This document shows, piece by piece, positions 57,241-64,000 of a stretch of 64,000 nucleotides of DNA (the stretch's first letter is position 1; every line of letters begins with the position of its first letter). The notes under the pieces were generated by a model. That model made no database searches. It was not told where the DNA came from and saw only the letters and a program-made list of their open reading frames with translations. This DNA comes from a virus, in the IMG/VR virus record IMGVR_UViG_3300005732_000005, positions 1-64,000 of that record; one strand, 5' to 3'. The translations under genes and the position numbers were made by a program.

Positions 57241-59338
57241 ATGTCAAAAGATAAACAAGAACCTTTCTTTAAACCTGCAAGTAAAAAACAAGCTCTTATG
57301 TTAAAAAGAGCTTCTGATACTCAAATATTGATTATCGGTGGGGCTTAAAAATCCAGTGGTCACACCTTAAACTATCCTGCTAATTCGGTGGAAGCTAAGT
57401 GTTTATACTAACATACGCCAATACCGAGCCGAATGATTAAATTCATGGGTGTAGAGGTCATCTCGTAAGAGAGTAGAGTTCAAGTGGACTCGAAACGTAG
57501 GACTGTATACCAATACAGAAGATATGATCCGACAACACAGGAAACTGTGGAAAGAGTGTAACGACTCTAAAACTGTCTCAGATTAAAGGCTGGTTCTGGG
57601 AAAAGTACGATATTAAATCACCTGCCTCTTATGTTACTAGATGACCCCAAAACAAACTGCATCTTGTATCGTAGGACAAATCCTCAACTGTTAGGTGGTC
57701 TTTGGCCTAATGCTAGAGGAATTTACGAAAAACTTCCAAAAGCTTATGAACCTAAGGCTATAAGAGATCATAAGATGGAAGTAGTATTTAAGAATGGAGC
57801 TAAAATAAAATATCAACAAGCGGAGAACGTGGCTAAATCTAAGAATGATGCTCAAGGTCAGGAGTTCACGTTTGTCGGAATAGATAAAATTTGTCTATTT
57901 GAAAGGTTTTTAGCATAATTATTTTAATGATTATAACCTTTCTGGAAAAATTGTGTGAATTCGGTGGAACTCTTTGTAAGACAATACCGAGCCAAGGTTA
58001 CGGGGTAACTCGTTTCAAGGTGTAACGACTAGAGAATACGAACCTAGAGGGTTTATGAATCTCGTACAGCCAAGTGGTAGCGAAAGCTTTAAATGGAAGC
58101 GCACAAACTCTAGCTAAAAGAGTAAGATATAGTCTCAACTTCTACGGTGACGTAGAGATGCAGGTAATGCTGCTGGTAAAGATTAACGAACTTTATTGAA
58201 GATATTGGAAGGTACACAATTCGAGTGGGAACAAATAGAGTACTTTATGTCACGTCTACGTTCCCCCTCAAAACACTTCTCCCGTATGGTAATCTCATGT
58301 AACCCCGACCCCGACCATTATATTAGGACGATGATCGACTGGTACTTAGACGAATCTGGTTATGCTATACCTGAAAGAGATGGGGTAGTAAGATACTTCG
58401 TACAGGAAGGTGGTGAGTATGTATGGGGTAATTCTAAAAAAGAGTTAGGTGAAAAGTTAAATTTACCTAAAGATCGTTGGGAAGATAAGATCCTCAGCTT
58501 CTCGTTTGTTAGTGGGACGATCTACGATAATCCGATTATGATGGAGATTAACCCGTCATACTTAGCTTTCTTAGAAGGTCTTAACGATGTCGATAAGGCA
58601 CAGTTACTTCACGGATGTTGGGATGCCAGACCTCAAGGTGCTAATTACTGGCAAAGAGAATGGGTAACGGAGATACAATCTAAAGATGTAGACCTAAGTT
58701 CTATGAGAAAGGTAAGAACATACGATTTAGCGGCAACAGAACGTAGTCAGGTAAATAAAAGCCCTGACCCAACAGCTTGTGCTCTTATGTGTAAAGACCG
58801 TAATGGTTATTATTACATTGCAGGTAACTATCATCCAGATTTTTATGATGACTACTATGAGATATATGGTCAATTCTGTAAACGTTCTGGGGATAGGGAT
58901 ATGCATATAATAAAACAAGGTCATCATGACACAGATGATACTGTAATCTTGTTGCCAGTGGATTGTGGCGCTGCAGGTAAGACGGCTTTCACTGCCATGG
59001 CTTCAAACTTTATGCAAGAAGGCTTTACAGTAAAGGCTGACCCTACTCCAAACAACAAGACAAAATTGGTAAAATTTCAGCCATTTGCAACGGCAACAGA
59101 GAACGGGCTTGTATATGTGTTGGTAGATACTTTTGATAAGAAGACTTTAGAGTTTATATACAAACAACTAGAAGCTTTTGATGGAGAAAGGTCTACAGCC
59201 ACAAAACATGATGAATTTCCAGATCTATTGGCGAGCGGGTATAACTATCTCTCAAGAGAACGTGTCATCAAACCCTTCTCCCTTCCAGATTGTTCCTCCT
59301 CCACAAAATACACTTCTTATCGAAACTCGATAAAATAA
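57241..59338 (+). CDS. terL: terminase large subunit; three exons (57241-57345, 57589-57885, 58208-59338), 510 aa spliced
   Basis: Splicing restores Walker A GGA|AGSGKS and Walker B FVGID|EGTQF; SRLRS, CNP, YDLAA, HDE..D. Confidence 0.9.
57346..57588 (+). mobile_element. group I intron 1 in terL (ORF-less, 243 nt)
   Basis: Exon GGUGGGGCU| pairs with GGUCACACC (P1, U.G); CCAGU pairs with 3' exon GCUGG (P10); AAUUCGGUGGAA/AAUACCGAG P4; P7 GGUCA/UGAUC; terminal G. Confidence 0.88.
57886..58207 (+). mobile_element. group I intron 2 in terL (ORF-less, 322 nt)
   Basis: Exon AAUAGAU| pairs with GUCUAUU (P1); AAUUCGGUGGAA/AAUACCGAG; R GUAACGACUA, S AAGAUAUAGUCU; terminal G. Confidence 0.9.
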
Positions 59339-59504
59339 CCACTTGTGGTAAATCTCTCTTGTGGAAACATTCCCTTTGGAAGAAAGATCTCTTTTTCTTC
59401 CAAATCCCCTCCTCACAACACTTATATCAGGGTAAGGAAACCTTGATTTTACAGGGATGTATATAAGTGTTATAATTACTTATATTAACAAACGGAGAGT
59501 AACT

Positions 59505-61037
59505 ATGCAAGCGAAACCTCGCCAGAGAGTTTATGCTAATGTAACAAAAGCTACTTCCCCACCAACCACCACTCGTGAACAAAGAGAAGCTAAGAAGCAG
59601 AATTCTAGTGCAGCAATAGAGTTTGTTCGTAAGCAGATTAATATTCTTAAGCCTTATGAACTTAGTCAAACACAATACCTTCGCACATATCAATTAATGA
59701 TGCAAGATGATGCTGTTGCCACATGTTTCTATGCTCGGACAATGGGTGTTGCTAAAGCTCAGAAAAGAGGTAGCTTTAAACACAACCCTAACTCAGAAGA
59801 ATCTATCCAAGCAAAAGAGTTTCTGGAGTATAACCTTAATAACTTAAGAGGTCAATCTCCTTTAACAGTAGGTCTTATGGCAAGTCATATGATTCGGGAT
59901 AGATGGAGTCCTTTTGAGAATGTTTATGAGGCTGCAAGTGGTGATTGGGAAGGGATGTGGAAGCTTAAGAAATTAGCTTATGTTCATCCATTAAGTCTTG
60001 ATAAACTAAAACCTTTTGTGGTGAAAGCTGGCGGAGACAGTATTAGTCATCTTAGACAAGTTCCTGATGCTTTCATAGGAAGTGATGGTCAAGGTAGTGC
60101 TACTTTTGGACAGACAGTTGGTGGAGTAAAAGAAATCCCTTTCAACTGGGTATCTTATTGCAGTTACTCTGCTACAGATAGTCAACCTATTGGTAACAGT
60201 TTATTTGATGCAGCTTATATCCCTTGGAAAGAAAAGCAACTCTTACAAGATCTAACTCTTGTTGGTGTGCAGAAAGATTTAGCTGGTATGCCTGTTCTTG
60301 GTGCTCCGAGTAGTTTACTTGCTGCAGCAGCAGAGAACCCTGATGGTCCAGAAGCATTAATGGTTGAGCAACTTAAACAAAACCTTGCCAATCTACACAA
60401 TGGTGACCAAGCATATTCTATGATCCCAACAGATACTCACTCGGAGACAGGTAATGGTCAGAGACAGTTTGAGTTAAAGTTCTTAGGTATCGATGGTATT
60501 GGTAAACAGTTTGACGTAGAAGCTCTTGTTGAACAACGTAAACGTGCCATCTTCAATTGTTTCTCTTGTCAGAATATGCTCTCAGGGGAAAATGGTGGAG
60601 GAAGCTACAACCTCCTTGAAGGACAAACATCTCTACAAGCACACGCTGTTGAACTAGATAATATGATTGTAGATGAGATGTGGAATAAACAGATCATCCC
60701 TAAATTATTACGTCTCAACAATTGGAAACTTGCAGAGAAAGATATTCCTGTATGGCAAAGTGGTGATGTTCAAGAGATTAGTCTTGATGAATATGGTAAA
60801 GCTGTCAACCGTATGGCTAGACTATTACCTGCAACACCTGCTGTTGTTAACAGTATTCTTAAGAAGCTAGATATTCCTTTCGTTATGCCAGAGAATACAC
60901 CTGCAGAAGATATTCGAAATATGTTATTCGAGTTTAAGGAGCCTTCTAAGGTTGGGACAGGAAACGCTAGTTCAGGAACAGGAAGCACTCAAGAGGGTGG
61001 AAGCGCCAGCGACACCAATAGTGAGAATGCAGCATAA
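59505..61037 (+). CDS. portal protein
   Basis: About 510 aa after terL; MMQDD.V, P.G.S, G..KDLAGMP, GSY; GGAG RBS at ATG 59505. Confidence 0.8.
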   Translation: MQAKPRQRVYANVTKATSPPTTTREQREAKKQNSSAAIEFVRKQINILKPYELSQTQYLRTYQLMMQDDAVATCFYARTMGVAKAQKRGSFKHNPNSEESIQAKEFLEYNLNNLRGQSPLTVGLMASHMIRDRWSPFENVYEAASGDWEGMWKLKKLAYVHPLSLDKLKPFVVKAGGDSISHLRQVPDAFIGSDGQGSATFGQTVGGVKEIPFNWVSYCSYSATDSQPIGNSLFDAAYIPWKEKQLLQDLTLVGVQKDLAGMPVLGAPSSLLAAAAENPDGPEALMVEQLKQNLANLHNGDQAYSMIPTDTHSETGNGQRQFELKFLGIDGIGKQFDVEALVEQRKRAIFNCFSCQNMLSGENGGGSYNLLEGQTSLQAHAVELDNMIVDEMWNKQIIPKLLRLNNWKLAEKDIPVWQSGDVQEISLDEYGKAVNRMARLLPATPAVVNSILKKLDIPFVMPENTPAEDIRNMLFEFKEPSKVGTGNASSGTGSTQEGGSASDTNSENAA

Positions 61038-61101
61038 ATTCCTTTGTGTTGCACTACCTTATTAATAGTGTTATAATTAATTATCAATTGGAAACAACTG
61101 T

Positions 61102-61632
61102 ATGACTTACACACAAGAGTTCTCTGTCAGAGAGGGCGAAGTAATCAGATGTTTCGATGCACTTCTATATGATGCAGTTGTTAAATCTTCTGCATCTAAA
61201 GTTTCCGAGTATGTAATCTCCCTTACCACACAAGATTCTTTCAATACCTACAAAAACTATGCTTTCTCGTTAAACGAGATGGAAGCTACCTTTGATTCAA
61301 AAGATGATTCTCTTATAGAAATTGTTCTTCGTGATACAAGTGTCCATAAGAAAATTATCCTCAAGAATGATAAGTCTACGCTAGTTTACGCCAAAGGTCA
61401 AGATGTTGTTGGTAAGAACAGTGAGATTAACGATATTACTTCAAAAGAGAATATCTACTCAATAACTATTAATACTCAAGAGTTTGTTACTCCTTTTAAT
61501 GATGATAATTCTTTAGAAGATGTTTATGAACATTTAACAGGTATTAATCTTGAAGCTGCAAGAGAAGCACTTGGAGAAGATATACAAAATCATGATTCAC
61601 CGATTAATTGGTGGTCTGCATTTATAACGTGA
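61102..61632 (+). CDS. hypothetical virion-associated protein
   Basis: Position in head module; TGTTATAAT promoter upstream. Confidence 0.6.
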   Translation: MTYTQEFSVREGEVIRCFDALLYDAVVKSSASKVSEYVISLTTQDSFNTYKNYAFSLNEMEATFDSKDDSLIEIVLRDTSVHKKIILKNDKSTLVYAKGQDVVGKNSEINDITSKENIYSITINTQEFVTPFNDDNSLEDVYEHLTGINLEAAREALGEDIQNHDSPINWWSAFIT

Positions 61633-61640
61633 GGACAAAT

Positions 61641-62222
61641 ATGCGAGTCAACGATTCGAGTGTATTGAACAAAATCCTCAAGGGTTTACAAGCTGCAATT
61701 GGACAACAAGAACAGCCTGTAGAACAACCACTTGAAGAAGAGGTTGTTATCAAGAGTTATAATGAAATTGAAGAGTATACTGCTCTTGATTCTCAAGAAG
61801 AAGAAAGACGTTGCTTACAAATCATTATGGAGCCTTACAAACGTGATGCTCACAACAACTGGTATACAACAGAAACAATTCAGAAAGGTCGTGAATCTTA
61901 CGAGAAGAATAAAGAAAACATTCCAGCCAATTTATTCCACCTTGTAGATACAACATCTTTCGAAGTTGAGGAGACTTTCCTCCTTGAAGAAGATACTTAT
62001 TATGAAGCTATTGATGAGACCTTAGTTAAAGGTACATGGATGGCTTGGACACACTACACAGATGATGAAGTTTGGGAACTTAAGAAGTCAGGTGAAATTG
62101 GCGGATTATCTCCATCTTGTCTTGGTAGTGTTGATAAAGAAACTGGTGAGATTACTAACTTAGCTTTCACCAAAGAAGATTTCTATAAGCAAGTTGAAGA
62201 AGGACAACATAATGCCTCTTAA
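61641..62222 (+). CDS. prohead protease (XkdF-like serine protease)
   Basis: MEP...DAH, N.FH, KGTW, W...KSGE..GLS. Confidence 0.75.
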   Translation: MRVNDSSVLNKILKGLQAAIGQQEQPVEQPLEEEVVIKSYNEIEEYTALDSQEEERRCLQIIMEPYKRDAHNNWYTTETIQKGRESYEKNKENIPANLFHLVDTTSFEVEETFLLEEDTYYEAIDETLVKGTWMAWTHYTDDEVWELKKSGEIGGLSPSCLGSVDKETGEITNLAFTKEDFYKQVEEGQHNAS

Positions 62223-63189
62223 TATTGTTAAAGATGCTAAAGAATTTAGTCCTCACATTGCTGCTTGTTCTCATACATTAAACGATGGTGCTGCTAATAA
62301 TCGTAACATTGATTTGATTCAAAAGTCAAAGATTAAATCTGATAAAGAAATCATGTTACTTAAGATGCTTCAACAAGATACACCAGAAGTTGTTGAGAAA
62401 GCAAGTGTTCGTAATGTTGAGAAGATGCTTTATTCAGCATTGAAAGAGAAATTCACTTCTGCAGATAGTTACTCTTGGGTTTGGTTACGTGACTTTGATC
62501 ATTCTATTCCAGAGCCTGTAGCTGTATTTGAGATGGATGAGAAGATTTACCAAATCGGATTCACTCTTTTAGGTAATGGTTTACTTGAATTGAATGATGA
62601 TATGGAAGAATTAATCCATCACGATGTTTACACAACAGCAGAAGAAAATGAATTGGTTTTAAAAGGTAAGTTGGTTGAAGATGAACCTGTTGAAACTGAA
62701 AGCTCAGATAATTCTGAGGAAATTGAAGAAGAGGGAGAGCAATCAACCTCAGAAGATAATCTAGAAGAAAAAGAAGAGGAAACTATGTCTGAGAAAAAAG
62801 ACGCTCCTGTAGAGTTTTCAAAAGCTCAACTTAATCAAATCGAAGAGTTACTTAAAGCTAAAGAAGCTGAAACACTAGCTCGTATCGAAGCAGAAAACCT
62901 ACTTAAGTCAACTACTGAAACATTATCTGGTTTAGAAATGGTTGAGTCTGCTGACGTAGAAGTGCTTGCTAAAGGTATTGTTGCTAACCAAGAACTTGGT
63001 GAAGTGTTTGTTAAGTCACTAGCTAATGCACAAGAGCTTATCAAATCAGCTAAAGCTGAAGCAGAAGAAGTTCGTAAAGAACTAGGTTCACATGAGCAAA
63101 TCACTGACGAAAGTGAAGTTAAAGAACTTGAGAAAGGTACTGACACAGCTTCAGCACTTGCAGCTCAAATGGCTAAATTAAAAGCTTAA
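62212..63189 (+). CDS. capsid scaffold-like protein
   Basis: Acidic linker and C-terminal coiled coil between protease and decoration genes. Confidence 0.65.
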   Translation: MPLNIVKDAKEFSPHIAACSHTLNDGAANNRNIDLIQKSKIKSDKEIMLLKMLQQDTPEVVEKASVRNVEKMLYSALKEKFTSADSYSWVWLRDFDHSIPEPVAVFEMDEKIYQIGFTLLGNGLLELNDDMEELIHHDVYTTAEENELVLKGKLVEDEPVETESSDNSEEIEEEGEQSTSEDNLEEKEEETMSEKKDAPVEFSKAQLNQIEELLKAKEAETLARIEAENLLKSTTETLSGLEMVESADVEVLAKGIVANQELGEVFVKSLANAQELIKSAKAEAEEVRKELGSHEQITDESEVKELEKGTDTASALAAQMAKLKA

Positions 63190-63215
63190 TAAGAATAATA
63201 AAGAGGAATATTTAA

Positions 63216-63560
63216 ATGGCTACATTAAATCGTGAACAGATTGTTGCTAACGCTCTTGCAGGTCAAGGTGCTGGTGATGACATGACTCATACAACTATCT
63301 CTGTTACTAAGACAGCTACTATGGTCAATGGTACTTTGTTACTAACTAACCGTACAGAAGCTGCTACTGGTGACCTTGCTGCTAATATTGTTTATGTAAT
63401 TGATGATCCAGAGATTCAATTTGCTGCTACTGGTGCTGTGGTAGAGGTTCGTGCAGTAGAAGAGCTTGATTGGGTTAAGTTCTACGGTGATAACCTTAAA
63501 ATTGGTAGTACTGCATTAACTGCAGCTCAACAAGGCACTTTTGCTAAAAAGTACGCTTAA
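63216..63560 (+). CDS. head decoration protein
   Basis: 114 aa, Ala/Thr-rich, directly before the major capsid gene. Confidence 0.6.
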   Translation: MATLNREQIVANALAGQGAGDDMTHTTISVTKTATMVNGTLLLTNRTEAATGDLAANIVYVIDDPEIQFAATGAVVEVRAVEELDWVKFYGDNLKIGSTALTAAQQGTFAKKYA

Positions 63561-63588
63561 TAATAAGAATAATTAGAGGAAATTTAAA

Positions 63589-64000
63589 ATGGCAGATATC
63601 CGTCAAGGCGAACAGGGTTTACAGAATTTTACACCACTTATGGACTTAGTTCCTCGCCAAGAGAACATGCTACAACGTATGGGTCTATTCTCTGTAGTAG
63701 AATACACAACTGAGAAAGTAACTGAGTTTGAACGTCGAGTTCTTGGTATTGATACTATGTACTCTGTTGAGCGTGGTGCTGATCGTCAGTATGCTGGTGA
63801 TGAAGGCGCGCAAACAGCGTTACTAAAAATTCCATTCTTCACGTTAGATAAAGTTATCAAGCCTAGCGATGTTGACCAACTACGTGAGTTCTTAACAGCT
63901 ACTGATCCAGAGACAGTTCGTAGCCGTGTTGAGAAAGTTATTGCTCGTATCCAACGTGGTCACGTAGAGTTACACAAGAATGTAATGTATGAAGCACTAG
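63589..64000 (+). CDS. major capsid protein (5' part, runs off window)
   Basis: GAGGA RBS; open frame MADIRQGEQGLQNFTPLMDLVP...RG...IPFF.LD..IKP.D, lambda gpE-like. Confidence 0.8.
   Translation, partial: MADIRQGEQGLQNFTPLMDLVPRQENMLQRMGLFSVVEYTTEKVTEFERRVLGIDTMYSVERGADRQYAGDEGAQTALLKIPFFTLDKVIKPSDVDQLREFLTATDPETVRSRVEKVIARIQRGHVELHKNVMYEAL

Noticed and set aside
57631-57918. Stand-alone 95-aa ORF
   Set aside because: It is terL exon 2 read on into intron 2.
5156-63146. Many short opposite-strand ORFs in the track (e.g. 5156-5404, 20292-20582, 32956-33264, 54126-54899, 62835-63146)
   Set aside because: Antisense shadows of well-supported genes, without RBSs or recognisable motifs.
1-64000. 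Integrase, repressor or prophage attachment functions
   Set aside because: No tyrosine/serine recombinase or CI-like ORF recognised in this window; content fits a lytic phage.

Overview
A 64-kb segment of a large, AT-rich, lytic tailed dsDNA phage. Gene content and order resemble ICP1/Felix O1-type phages, and the host is probably a marine gammaproteobacterium such as Vibrio (inference only). Layout: (i) 1-3051 has small rightward early genes with strong sigma70-type promoters. (ii) 3052-4976 is a 1.9-kb non-coding region. With the intergenic gaps at about 830-1700, it is packed with motifs matching host regulator sites (Fur, sigma54, ArcA, Zur, ArgR) plus iteron-like repeats, and it is followed by an SF2 helicase/origin-binding-like gene and two GIY-YIG paralogues. 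(iii) 7586-51580 is a long leftward block of nucleotide-metabolism, replication and accessory genes: dam-like MTase, ClpP-like protease, phoH, nrdB, glutaredoxin-fused intron-split nrdA, dfr, thyA, EndoVII, RuvC-like, exonucleases, SPFH, RdgC-like, ligase, SF1B helicase, class II aaRS-like protein, tRNA-Gly. (iv) 51705-64000 is a rightward late block: holin-like genes, tailspike, a terL split by two group I introns, portal, prohead protease, scaffold, decoration protein and the start of the major capsid gene. Top findings: (1) an integron-type gene-cassette array (three well-formed 57-58 bp attC sites, no integrase in the window) embedded among the lytic phage genes, with each internal unit carrying a convergent gene pair; (2) a multi-regulator 'decoy' array of host transcription-factor/sigma54 sites in the early region; (3) three ORF-less group I introns inserted in catalytic motifs, with a free-standing endonuclease beside terL; (4) candidate structured RNAs, including one with anti-Shine-Dalgarno loops. 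All calls are from motif reading; no database search was run.
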